DNA from: an uncultured Methylococcaceae bacterium
Lineage (GTDB): Bacteria; Pseudomonadota; Gammaproteobacteria; Methylococcales; Methylomonadaceae
Length of the DNA: 64,000 nucleotides
Direction of reading: 5' to 3'
Assembly (NCBI GenBank): GCA_903928685.1
Contig: CAIYRS010000032.1
Location: 414-64,413, forward strand
A program made the position numbers and the translations under genes. Positions 40,344 through 51,024 of the stretch are shown here, in pieces. The number at the start of each line of letters is the position of its first letter. Within the stretch, counting starts at the first letter, position 1. The notes below the pieces were generated by a model, which made no database searches, was not told the DNA's origin, and saw only the letters and a list, made by a program, of their open reading frames with translations.

Positions 40344-40662
40344 CGTTACGCAGTAACGCGTTTTTCTCCCGTTTACCGCGTCGAGCACCGGAGTATTTGT
40401 CGGGAATAGCCCGTTAGGGGTGCGGCATGGATGCCGCACGGCGGCAGATGGGCAGGAAGCCCATTCTGCCGTCCCCCCGACAAATGCGAGGAGCGCAAGA
40501 CATGAGCGGTAATCGGGCCGCCTTTTCTTTGGTTACTTGCTTTTCGACTGCATGGATGCAGGAGGTAGAGCAACGCAGGAGCAGTTGCCGAGGCGGCGCA
40601 AAAGAAAGTAACTCGCCTTCGGGTGCGAGAACCCGATTTAAAAATCGTCGCGATAGCGACTC
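40341..40662 (+). repeat. composite extragenic repeat, copy A (~320 bp, chain of hairpin modules)
   Basis: Apart from a 48-nt insertion it aligns end to end, by my visual estimate at about 85-90 percent identity, with the reverse complement of 52055-52327. It starts at the stop codon of the preceding gene. Confidence 0.85.
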
Positions 40663-40727
40663 ATCATTTGTTTTTGTATCGCAGAAAATATCTGCGTAAC
40701 ATCAGTTTTGAACAAGGAATAACCACT

Positions 40728-42614
40728 ATGTGCGGGATTGTCGGCATTTTTGATTTGACAGGGCAACGCGAAATTAACCGCGAGTTATTGGCAACCATGA
40801 ACGAAAGCCAGTTCCATCGTGGCCCCGATGAAGGCGGTTTGCATCTGGAAGCGGGCTTGGGTTTAGGGCATCGCCGTTTGTCGATTATCGACTTAAGCAG
40901 CGGACAACAGCCAATGATTAGCCGCGATAACAATGTCATCTTGACCTTCAATGGTGAAATCTACAACTTCATGGACTTGCGTAAAGAATTGGAAGCCTTA
41001 GGTTACCAATTCAACACCCACTGCGACACCGAAGTGATCCTTTACGGCTGGCAAGCTTGGGGTGAAGCCTGTGTAGATAAGTTGCGCGGCATGTTTGCTT
41101 TCGCCATTTGGGATAGGGCGAAACAAACCCTGTTTTTAGCGCGTGACCGTTTAGGCGTTAAGCCGCTGTTTTACGCCACATTAGCCAACGGGCAATTTAT
41201 TTTTTCTTCGGAATTGAAAGCCTTAAAACTGCATCCAGACATGCCGCGCGAATTGGATGCCAGCGCTATAGAAGACTACTTTGGCTTTGGCTATGTGCCT
41301 GAACCAAAAACCATTTATAAAAATGTCTACAAACTGGAGCCGGGTTTTTGTTTAACGCTAAAACGCGGCGAAAGCAACGTCCGCCCGCGCCAGTATTGGG
41401 ATGTAAAATTTGCCGAACGACCTGCTCAAAGCGAAGCCGCCATCGCCGATGAATTAATCGAACGGCTGCGCGAAGCGGTGAAAATCCGTATGGTTGCCGA
41501 TGTGCCGCTAGGGGCATTCTTGTCTGGCGGGGTCGATTCCAGCGCGGTAGTGGCGATGATGGCAGAATTGTCCGCAGATCCGGTAAACACTTGTTCCATC
41601 TCCTTTGGTGATCCGGCTTTTAATGAAGCCAAGTTTGCCGCGCAAGTGGCAGCGCGTTACCACACCGCGCACCGAGTTGAGCAAGTCGATGCCGATGATT
41701 ACAGCCTGATTGGCAAACTCGCGGGTTTATACGATGAGCCTTACGCCGATAGCTCGGCATTGCCGACTTATCGGGTGTGCGAATTGGCGAAAAAACAAGT
41801 GACCGTGGTGCTATCCGGTGACGGCGGCGATGAAAACTTGGCGGGTTACCGTCGCCATCGTTGGCATTATTACGAAGAACAAATGCGCTCGTGGTTGCCA
41901 GACAGCATCAGACAGCCTGTTTTTGGTTTATTAGGCCGGGTTTATCCAAAAGCCGATTGGGCGCCAAAAATATTCCGCGCCAAATCCACCTTTGAATCCA
42001 TCGGTCGTGATTCCCTGCAAGGTTATTTCCATAGCGTCTCGGTATCGTCCAATGAATTGCGCGGCAAATTGTTCAGCGAGCAATTAAAACGCGATTTACA
42101 AGGCTACCAAGCGATAGAAGTGTTCCGTAAACACGCCGCCAATGCGCCGACGGAATCGCCGTTATCGTTAGTGCAATATTTGGACATCAAAACCTATTTG
42201 CCCGGCGACATTCTCACCAAAGTAGATCGTGCAAGTATGGCGCATGCTTTGGAAGTGCGGGTGCCGTTGTTGGATCACCAATTGGTGGAATGGATGGCAG
42301 GCATATCGCCAGATTTGAAATTGAAAGGCAAAGAAGGCAAATACATCTTTAAGAAATCGCTGGAAAATTATTTGTCCGACGACATTTTGTACCGCCCAAA
42401 AATGGGTTTTGGTGTGCCAATTAATGCTTGGTTTCGCGGGCCATTAAAAACCCAAGTGCGGGAAGCCTTGTTAGGCGACAGCATGATGCAATGCGGCTTG
42501 TTTAATCATGACTTCTTAACACAAATGGTCAATCAACAAGAAAGCGGCATGAGGGATTACAGTGCGCCGATTTGGTCACTGCTGATGTTTGAGGCGTTTT
42601 TGCAGAATGCTTAA
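40728..42614 (+). CDS. XrtA/PEP-CTERM system amidotransferase (asparagine synthase, glutamine-hydrolysing family)
   Basis: Start at MCGIVGIF (Ntn Cys2). PP-loop SGGVDSS. 628 aa. The upstream part of ORF 40623.. lies in the repeat element. Confidence 0.85.
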   Translation: MCGIVGIFDLTGQREINRELLATMNESQFHRGPDEGGLHLEAGLGLGHRRLSIIDLSSGQQPMISRDNNVILTFNGEIYNFMDLRKELEALGYQFNTHCDTEVILYGWQAWGEACVDKLRGMFAFAIWDRAKQTLFLARDRLGVKPLFYATLANGQFIFSSELKALKLHPDMPRELDASAIEDYFGFGYVPEPKTIYKNVYKLEPGFCLTLKRGESNVRPRQYWDVKFAERPAQSEAAIADELIERLREAVKIRMVADVPLGAFLSGGVDSSAVVAMMAELSADPVNTCSISFGDPAFNEAKFAAQVAARYHTAHRVEQVDADDYSLIGKLAGLYDEPYADSSALPTYRVCELAKKQVTVVLSGDGGDENLAGYRRHRWHYYEEQMRSWLPDSIRQPVFGLLGRVYPKADWAPKIFRAKSTFESIGRDSLQGYFHSVSVSSNELRGKLFSEQLKRDLQGYQAIEVFRKHAANAPTESPLSLVQYLDIKTYLPGDILTKVDRASMAHALEVRVPLLDHQLVEWMAGISPDLKLKGKEGKYIFKKSLENYLSDDILYRPKMGFGVPINAWFRGPLKTQVREALLGDSMMQCGLFNHDFLTQMVNQQESGMRDYSAPIWSLLMFEAFLQNA

Positions 42615-42634
42615 GGACGCGTAAAAGGGGCAGT

Positions 42635-42713
42635 CAAGTAGGGTACGCTGTGCGTACCTTTTTGCATCATCATTGTTGTAGCCGATGAAGGTACGCACAG
42701 CGTACCCTACTTG
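42635..42713. repeat. REP pair: perfect 25-bp inverted repeat, each arm itself a hairpin (GTAGGGTACGCTGTGCGTACC)
   Basis: The arm caagtagggtacgctgtgcgtacct (42635-42659) pairs with aggtacgcacagcgtaccctacttg (42689-42713). It lies between convergent genes and probably acts as a terminator. Confidence 0.85.
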
Positions 42714-42750
42714 GCTTGTTGGGCATCCTTCAATTTAAACCAATACAAGG

Positions 42751-43794
42751 CTAATTTTTCACGCAGAATGTATGACCTTGGTTTGCTGTTCCAATATACT
42801 TGCTACTATAACCCGTAGGGCAGTCAACAGATGGATCATGTCCCATACAAGTGGCACTGTAGGACGAATATGTGCCGTTGAAGTCATATCCGCCACCTTT
42901 GTCGCCGCATAACGCACCTGATGGAACTAACGTATTAATTTGGTTCTGTAAATTAGTGTTTATACCATTAACTTTAGTAGTTAAGCTATTTACGCTAGTC
43001 TGTTTAGCCAAAGGAGCAACCGCATTAGCAATGTCAGCTTTAATTTTATCAGCGGTCACGCGAGAAAAGTTACCAATGGCCGCCAAAGGCACAGTTAAGT
43101 TATCCGCGCTGGTAACAAAAACCAAGTCTTGGGCATCGGCCGTTAAATCTGCGCCAGTAGCCTGCATTTGCCGCGTGCAATTAATAGTGACTTTGCTTGC
43201 CGCCGTAAACTTGAATGGGGTGCTGGGGCCAATGGTTAAAGCCTTGCCATTGACGGTGCTAGAGCAGATGGATTGGCCTGAACCAAACTGGGTGACACCA
43301 CTGAACACAGCCGCAAGACCTGTTGGGGCAGTAATGGAAACGCTAACACCTTGCATGGTGCTTGATGGCTGAACGCTGAATACTAAGCCTTTATTTGCCA
43401 AGGCTTGACATTGATTCCAAGCATCCAATGCGCCTTGATAAATGGTTTTTGAATAATTAGAAGTCTGATTGCTGTATTTGCTGCTGTTAAAACCGGACGT
43501 GCATAACTGACTTTGCTTAGTAATAATTTCTTGGCGGCTTGCCGAACCTGATGCGCCACCGGAGAAGAGTCCGTAAGATGCTTCTATTGATGCTGCTTGG
43601 GAGCTGGAAATGGACGAATTGCTGTAGTCAGCAGAACAAAAAGTAGACATACCCAACGATTGCCCGTCAGCGACACTACTGCTTTGGGCAACGTTATAAA
43701 GCCCCAAGTTTAAAAGGGAGTTACAGGATTCCCCAGTTGCGTTGGCGGTTAATGGGGATACTAAGGCTAACGATATTAATGCTAATTTTTTCAT
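42751..43794 (-). CDS. orphan secreted protein, Ser/Thr/Ala/Asn-rich with 10 cysteines
   Basis: Signal peptide MKKLALISLALVSPLTANA. There are 10 Cys in the mature part. A Q/N/T-rich heptad-like stretch (VNSLTTKVNGINTNLQNQINTL) precedes a Cys-knotted C-terminal module (CGDKGGGYDFNGTYSSYSATCMGHDPSVDCPTGY...FCVKN). No family recognised. Confidence 0.6.
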   Translation of the reverse strand: MKKLALISLALVSPLTANATGESCNSLLNLGLYNVAQSSSVADGQSLGMSTFCSADYSNSSISSSQAASIEASYGLFSGGASGSASRQEIITKQSQLCTSGFNSSKYSNQTSNYSKTIYQGALDAWNQCQALANKGLVFSVQPSSTMQGVSVSITAPTGLAAVFSGVTQFGSGQSICSSTVNGKALTIGPSTPFKFTAASKVTINCTRQMQATGADLTADAQDLVFVTSADNLTVPLAAIGNFSRVTADKIKADIANAVAPLAKQTSVNSLTTKVNGINTNLQNQINTLVPSGALCGDKGGGYDFNGTYSSYSATCMGHDPSVDCPTGYSSKYIGTANQGHTFCVKN

Positions 43795-44232
43795 TTTAAT
43801 ACCTGTGGATACCGCTTAGTCAAAAAGTCAGAAGTTTCAATGCGGTTAATTTGAAAGCCCAACGTTAAGTATACACCTGTAAAGGTGTTCTGAATTGCAC
43901 ATAAAAAGGTGTATAACATACAGATATTTCTATGTTCGCCAATAACTTGCCGTGCGATTATATTGTTATCAAGCTTTTTATGTCAATGAGTTATACATCG
44001 ATTAATCGGCTTCCCAAGCGCTTGGATTAGGTGCGGTGACAGCTTTAAACTATCCGCACTGAAAAGCTTTATGTACAGTGGAGTAAGTGCTTTATTTTGC
44101 CTGTTGGCAAGCGGCACTCAGATGAAATGAAGGATATGAAGGAGGGGCAATGGTTGTCGCGGTTACCGACAGGGTCGAATTTGGCTAGTCTGCATTAGTA
44201 AGAGCGGCTGATATAAAAAAGCACCTGTTAGA

Positions 44233-44262
44233 ACCTAGCAGGATTTTAAAATCCCGCTAGGT
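44233..44262 (-). terminator. palindromic hairpin downstream of aspS
   Basis: ACCTAGCAGGATTTT/AAAATCCCGCTAGGT with one mismatch, 27 nt after the aspS stop. On the minus strand a T-run follows about 15 nt later. Confidence 0.4.
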
Positions 44263-44288
44263 CTCTGGCGTTTCAGAAATTGTAAAAA

Positions 44289-46076
44289 CTAAGCTTTGTC
44301 TTTCCCTGCTGGCTTAATCAATTTAATCCCCAATTCCTTCAATTGCTCATCGGTGACCACGGCTGGTGCACTTACTAACGGACATGCTGCTGATTGGGTT
44401 TTCGGGAAGGCAATCACGTCACGGATGGACGACGATCCGGTCATCAGCATCACCAAACGGTCTAAACCGAACGCCAAACCACCGTGTGGCGGCGCACCGT
44501 ATTTCAAGGCATCCAACAGGAAGCCAAATTTTTCTTGGGCTTCTTCTGCGCCGATGCCCAAAATGCCGAACACGGTTTGTTGCATGGCTGGGCGGTTGAT
44601 ACGGATAGAACCGCCGCCAACTTCGGTGCCGTTCAATACTAAATCGTAAGCGCGTGACAAGGCCGCACCAGGATTTGCCACCAAGTCTTCAACCGAACAG
44701 CTTGGTGCGGTGAACGGATGGTGGATGGCGTTGTAGCGACCTGATTTTTCATCCCAATCAAACATCGGGAAATCAACAACCCAAACGGGTTTCCAATCGC
44801 CTTCAATCAAGCCCAAATCGTGGCCTAATTTGACGCGCAATGCGCCCATGGCTTCGTTGACGATGCTGGCTTTGTCAGCACCGAAGAATAACAAGTCGCC
44901 ATTTTGTGCGCCCGTTTTCGCCATGATGCTCGCCCACGCTTCGGCAGGGGCGAATTTGACGATAGGCGATTGTAAGCCTTCCAAGCCAGCTGCTAAGTCA
45001 TTGACTTTAATGTATGCCAAGCCTTTCGCGCCATAAATGCCGACGTATTTGGTCAATTCGTCGATGTCTTTACGGCTGAGTTTTTCACCTGCGCCCGGTA
45101 CGCGCATCGCGACCACGCGGCCTTTCGGATCGTTAGCTGGGCCGGAGAATACTTTAAAATCAACCTCTTTTAAATCTTCTGCAACATCCACCAATTCCAT
45201 CGGAATCCGCAAATCGGGGCGGTCGATACCAAAACGCGACATGGCTTCTTGGTAAGTCATGCGCGGGAATTGTTCAGGCAAGGCCACGTTGATGACTTTG
45301 GCGAACAGTTGGCGAATCATTTCTTCCATGATGTTCATGATTTCGTCTTCGGTCATGAACGAGGTTTCAATATCCAACTGGGTAAATTCGGGTTGGCGGT
45401 CAGCGCGTAAATCTTCGTCGCGGAAACAACGTACCACTTGGTAATAACGATCCATGCCCGCGACCATCAAAATCTGTTTGTACAGCTGTGGCGATTGCGG
45501 CAAGGCGAAAAACGAATTTTCGTGGGTACGGCTAGGCACGATGTAATCGCGCGCGCCTTCGGGTGTGGCTTTAGTGAGGTACGGCGTTTCGATTTCGAAA
45601 AACTCGTTGTCATCCAAGAAATTACGCAAGATGCGGGTGACATCACGGCGCACTTTCATTTTTTCTTGCATGGCGACGCGGCGCAAGTCGATGTAACGGT
45701 AACGCAAGCGCAGTTCTTCGTTGACTTCGATTTCGCTTTCGATAGGGAACGGCGGGGTTTCGGATTCGTTCAGCACTTCGATTTCTTTGGCTAAAATCTC
45801 AATGGCGCCAGAACGCATATTGGTGTTAACCGTGCCGCCAGGACGGCCTCTGACCAAGCCTGTAATTTTCAATACATATTCGCTACGCACATGCTCGGCG
45901 GCGGCGAATGCTGCTTCGGTATCAGGGTCGATAACCACTTGCACCAGACCTGCGCGGTCGCGCAAATCAATAAAAATTACGCCGCCGTGATCGCGTCGTC
46001 TATGTACCCAGCCGCAGATGGTTACGGTTTCGCCTAATTGTTGTGTGTCTAATTCCCCGCACTTGTGGGTACGCAT
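44289..46076 (-). CDS. aspS: aspartate--tRNA ligase
   Basis: 595 aa. Class II motif 2 region [18 protein letters not shown] and motif 3 [13 protein letters not shown]. Confidence 0.95.
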   Translation of the reverse strand: MRTHKCGELDTQQLGETVTICGWVHRRRDHGGVIFIDLRDRAGLVQVVIDPDTEAAFAAAEHVRSEYVLKITGLVRGRPGGTVNTNMRSGAIEILAKEIEVLNESETPPFPIESEIEVNEELRLRYRYIDLRRVAMQEKMKVRRDVTRILRNFLDDNEFFEIETPYLTKATPEGARDYIVPSRTHENSFFALPQSPQLYKQILMVAGMDRYYQVVRCFRDEDLRADRQPEFTQLDIETSFMTEDEIMNIMEEMIRQLFAKVINVALPEQFPRMTYQEAMSRFGIDRPDLRIPMELVDVAEDLKEVDFKVFSGPANDPKGRVVAMRVPGAGEKLSRKDIDELTKYVGIYGAKGLAYIKVNDLAAGLEGLQSPIVKFAPAEAWASIMAKTGAQNGDLLFFGADKASIVNEAMGALRVKLGHDLGLIEGDWKPVWVVDFPMFDWDEKSGRYNAIHHPFTAPSCSVEDLVANPGAALSRAYDLVLNGTEVGGGSIRINRPAMQQTVFGILGIGAEEAQEKFGFLLDALKYGAPPHGGLAFGLDRLVMLMTGSSSIRDVIAFPKTQSAACPLVSAPAVVTDEQLKELGIKLIKPAGKDKA

Positions 46077-46125
46077 GATACTGTCCTGTTGTTCTTATGG
46101 TTTTGGTGATAATGAAGATGTGTTG

Positions 46126-46223
46126 GTAGGAGGGGCTGACTTAAGGAAGCTCATCAAAATAGGCTGTCATCAATCATGATGGGCTTTCTAGCGTCAGCCT
46201 TTATGCCCTTGGGTGCATCCTAC
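46126..46223. repeat. degenerate REP pair of the GTAGGRTGGGCTGACG family
   Basis: The unit gtaggaggggctgacttaaggaagctcatc (46126-46155) and the inverted unit 46178-46223, which ends ...gcatcctac. Confidence 0.55.
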
Positions 46224-46238
46224 GAATAGTTGGAATTT

Positions 46239-46502
46239 TTAGCTGCTTTTACTGCCACTTGTTGCTGCGCTAGCGGTTGGTGTGGAGGGAGCGGTATCTC
46301 CGGCGACATTCTTTTTTGCGCCGCTTTTAAAGTCAGTCTCATACCAACCGCCGCCTTTCAGACGGAAACCCGCAGCGGATATTTTTTTTATCAACTCAGG
46401 CTTACTGCAAGCGGGGCAAATTTTAAGTGGTTCAGCACTGAGTTTTTGCAACGCTTCATGTTCGTGACCGCAAGCTTGGCACTGGTATTCGTAAATTGGC
46501 AT
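46239..46502 (-). CDS. FmdB-family zinc-ribbon putative regulatory protein
   Basis: MPIYEYQCQACGHEHE...ICPACS, the CxxC...CxxC signature of the FmdB/CxxC_CxxC_SSSS family. 87 aa. Confidence 0.85.
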   Translation of the reverse strand: MPIYEYQCQACGHEHEALQKLSAEPLKICPACSKPELIKKISAAGFRLKGGGWYETDFKSGAKKNVAGDTAPSTPTASAATSGSKSS

Positions 46503-46606
46503 TGAGAACTCCTAAACAAAAATAATAGCTATAGTTAGGGCGTAACCTTAGTTTTTCAAGGTAGTTACTATAGAATACCGAGCATTTTACAGACTCGAAG
46601 CCTACA

Positions 46607-47638
46607 ATGAAAACATTAACCCTCACCCGTCCTGATGATTGGCATATTCATGTCCGCAATGGCGACGTTTTAAAAACCGTATTGCCCTACACCGCGCGGC
46701 AATTTGCCCGTGCGATTATCATGCCGAACCTAAAGCCGCCCGTGACCACGGTCGCTCAAGCTTCGGTCTATCGCGACGAAATTTTACAAGCGATTCCTGA
46801 AGGCATGGATTTTACGCCGTTAATGACCTTGTATTTGACTGCCGCAACCAGCGAAGCGGAAATCAAGCTGGCGGCAGAATCCGAATTTGTCCACGCCTTT
46901 AAATTGTATCCGGCTGGCGCGACCACCAATTCTGATGCAGGCGTCGGCAATATTCAGCAGATTTATCCCTTGCTGGCAGCTATGCAACGCTACGACATAC
47001 CTTTGCTGGTGCATGGCGAAGTTACCGACGACGATTGCGATATTTTTGATCGCGAACGGGTGTTTATCGAACGCCACTTGCAAGCCGTGGTAAACGATTT
47101 TCCTGATTTGCGCTTAGTGCTGGAACACGTCACCACCGCCGAAGCAGTGCAATTTGTTGAAGCTGCCAGCGCGAAGGTCGCCGCGACCATCACCCCGCAG
47201 CATTTGCTGCTCAACCGCAACGCCATTCTGGCAGGCGGCATCAGACCGCATCATTATTGTTTGCCTGTGTTAAAACGCGAACAGCATCGTCTGGCTTTAT
47301 TGAAAGCCGCCACCAGCGGTAATCCCAAGTTTTTCCTAGGCACAGACAGCGCACCGCATTTGACGCATTTAAAAGAAACGTCTTGCGGTTGCGCGGGTTG
47401 CTTTAGCGCACCTGCCGCTTTGGAATTGTATGCCGAAGCCTTTGAACAAGTCGGTGCGTTGGACAAGCTGGAAGGTTTCGCCAGTTTTTTTGGTGCGGAT
47501 TTTTACCGTTTGCCGCGCAACAGCGGGCAAGTGGTTTTAGAAAAACAGCAATGGCAGATGCCAGAAATTTGCACTAGCGGTGATGTTGCCATTACCCCGT
47601 TATTCGCAGGTAAGGACGTGACTTGGAAGTTGTTGTGA
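46607..47638 (+). CDS. pyrC: dihydroorotase (homodimeric type II)
   Basis: PDDWHIHVRNG metal-binding motif, 343 aa, colinear with E. coli-type PyrC. Confidence 0.92.
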   Translation: MKTLTLTRPDDWHIHVRNGDVLKTVLPYTARQFARAIIMPNLKPPVTTVAQASVYRDEILQAIPEGMDFTPLMTLYLTAATSEAEIKLAAESEFVHAFKLYPAGATTNSDAGVGNIQQIYPLLAAMQRYDIPLLVHGEVTDDDCDIFDRERVFIERHLQAVVNDFPDLRLVLEHVTTAEAVQFVEAASAKVAATITPQHLLLNRNAILAGGIRPHHYCLPVLKREQHRLALLKAATSGNPKFFLGTDSAPHLTHLKETSCGCAGCFSAPAALELYAEAFEQVGALDKLEGFASFFGADFYRLPRNSGQVVLEKQQWQMPEICTSGDVAITPLFAGKDVTWKLL

Positions 47639-47657
47639 TTGCTGGTAAAGCGATTTT

Positions 47658-47685
47658 CGTGGACACGCATCTTGCTGTGTCCACG
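47658..47685. terminator. hairpin between convergent pyrC and the lipoprotein gene
   Basis: CGTGGACAC-gcatcttgct-GTGTCCACG, a 9-bp perfect stem, preceded by ATTTT. Confidence 0.45.
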
Positions 47686-47696
47686 AACTGAGCAAT

Positions 47697-48140
47697 TTAT
47701 TGCGGATGGGAAAAGTCTGGCTCGTGTGGCGGGGCTTTTTCTTGCAAACAATGGTAGGCGGCATTTTCGTAGCGGATTCTTAATGATTGTGGGTTTTCAT
47801 GCTCACTAAGAAATTTATCCGCTTCTTGCGGTGTTAAGTCTTTCGCCATAAAACGGGCGATACAGTTGCAGGGTTTGGTAAAGCGTTCTTTGTCTTGTTC
47901 GTCGCCGTGAGCTTCGCGGGTGACACATTGTTCAGCAAAGGTTTTTTCAAAATGCTGCTTTTGGCTTTCAGTCACTTTGGGTTCGCCAGAATGATCCCAA
48001 GGATTCGGATTGTGGTCGGCTTTGGCGGTAGCTGCGGGTGTTTTTGGTTGGTCGTCGGAACAAGCGGTAACAAATAATGCCGCAGTGCTGCCGATGATTG
48101 CCGCCATCAGGAATTTTTTAGTAATTGTTAGTTTTTTCAT
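47697..48140 (-). CDS. hypothetical lipoprotein
   Basis: Signal peptide with lipobox VTAC. The mature part is charged, His/Glu-rich and contains 4 Cys. No family recognised. Confidence 0.6.
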   Translation of the reverse strand: MKKLTITKKFLMAAIIGSTAALFVTACSDDQPKTPAATAKADHNPNPWDHSGEPKVTESQKQHFEKTFAEQCVTREAHGDEQDKERFTKPCNCIARFMAKDLTPQEADKFLSEHENPQSLRIRYENAAYHCLQEKAPPHEPDFSHPQ

Positions 48141-48294
48141 GGTGTTATTTTATGGTTATTAAACGGCGCATGGTATTTGGGATTTGGTTGTCTGGCCTAA
48201 ACCCATAAAACCAACAATAAACGTTAAAACTAACTCGGTCAAGATGACGTGTGTTTTAGTGCTACATAAATCTGCTGCTCTGACCTTATAATAG

Positions 48295-49794
<1,500 letters not shown>

Positions 49795-49799
49795 CCGTT

Positions 49800-50942
49800 A
49801 TGGCTAAGCATTCGCCGACACTGATGATTAGTGCCGGAGAATCGTCCGGCGACCAACACGCCGCCAATTTGTTTACTGAGCTGAAAAAACAACGCCCTGA
49901 TATAAAAGCCATCGGCATGGGCGGGGCGGCTATGGCGGCGGCGGGCATTGATGTCCGTTATGATTCCAGTGCCATTGCTGTGATTGGTGTGGTTGAAGTC
50001 ATCAAGCATTATCCGGATATTTTGCGGATGCTAAAGCGGATGCAACAACTGCTTGCCAGCGAAAAACCGGATTTGCTGGTATGCGTCGATTACAAAGAAT
50101 TTAATTTTAAGCTTGCTGCCTATGCCAAAAAAATCGGCATTAAAGTCTTGTTTTATGTCAGCCCACAAGTGTGGGCATGGCGGGCAGGACGGGTAAAAAA
50201 ATACGGCAAAGTGATCGATATGATGGCGGTGATCTTTCCGTTTGAAACCGCCTATTACCAAGCCGAAAATGTCCCAGTACGTTACGTGGGCCATCCCTCA
50301 GTTGATAAAGTCCAGCCCTTATATAGCAAAGCCGAAAACTTACAACGTTTTGGGCTAGATGCCAGCAAGCCACTATTGGGCTTATTGCCCGGTAGTCGTG
50401 TCAATGAAATCAAACGTTTATTGCCAGTGATGCTGGCGGCGGCGGAACGGGTACAACAGCAGATGCCGACTGTGCAGTTTATTCTGCCGCAAGCCAATTC
50501 TATTGATGATGAGTTATTGGCAAGCTATCTGCAACAGACCACGTTGGACATTAAGCGCATAAAAAACCAACCTTACGATGTTATCCAGTGCTGCGATGCG
50601 GTCATTAGCTGTTCCGGTACGGCAACCTTGGAAAATGCTTTGTTGGGTGTGCCGATGTTGATTGTTTATAAATTGACCGAAATCACTTATTGGCTAGGAC
50701 GTTGGTTGGTAAAGACGAAGTTTATCGGCTTGCCAAATATTATTGCGGGCAAGGGCATTGTTAAAGAATTCATCCAGCATGATGCCACGGCAGAAAATTT
50801 AGCCGACGAGGCTTTGCGTTTGTTGGGCAATCAAGCCTATGCAGAAACTATGCGCGGCGATTTACAGCAAGTTAAACAGCAATTAGGGCAGGGCGGGGCA
50901 TCGAAGGTGATGGCGGATTTGGTTTTGGAAATGTTGGTTTAA
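49800..50942 (+). CDS. lpxB: lipid-A-disaccharide synthase
   Basis: N-terminal ISAGESSGDQHAANL. 380 aa with typical LpxB colinearity. Confidence 0.9.
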   Translation: MAKHSPTLMISAGESSGDQHAANLFTELKKQRPDIKAIGMGGAAMAAAGIDVRYDSSAIAVIGVVEVIKHYPDILRMLKRMQQLLASEKPDLLVCVDYKEFNFKLAAYAKKIGIKVLFYVSPQVWAWRAGRVKKYGKVIDMMAVIFPFETAYYQAENVPVRYVGHPSVDKVQPLYSKAENLQRFGLDASKPLLGLLPGSRVNEIKRLLPVMLAAAERVQQQMPTVQFILPQANSIDDELLASYLQQTTLDIKRIKNQPYDVIQCCDAVISCSGTATLENALLGVPMLIVYKLTEITYWLGRWLVKTKFIGLPNIIAGKGIVKEFIQHDATAENLADEALRLLGNQAYAETMRGDLQQVKQQLGQGGASKVMADLVLEMLV

Positions 50943-50986
50943 GGCTGTCGCGTTTAGTGGTAGATTTTTCTGGATCGATTCAGTTT

Positions 50987-51024
50987 GGTATAGGAGTCCA
51001 AAACATGTTTTGGACTCCTATACC
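50987..51024. repeat. perfect 18-bp-arm palindrome GGTATAGGAGTCCAAAAC-at-GTTTTGGACTCCTATACC
   Basis: It lies between convergent lpxB and the PfkB kinase gene. The core is identical to the palindrome at 6405-6430. Confidence 0.75.

Noticed and set aside
40623-40727. N-terminal extension of the AsnB-type amidotransferase ORF.
   Set aside because: Glutamine amidotransferases of this class need Cys2 after the initiator Met (MCGIVGIF, ATG at 40728). The extension is a read-through of the repeat element.
44150-44188. A 12-codon + strand mini-ORF (MVVAVTDRVEFG) with a perfect AAGGAGG Shine-Dalgarno sequence at 44139-44145.
   Set aside because: It is too short and has no recognisable leader-peptide logic. 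It lies between two minus-strand genes, and I cannot assess conservation. It is noted only as a curiosity.
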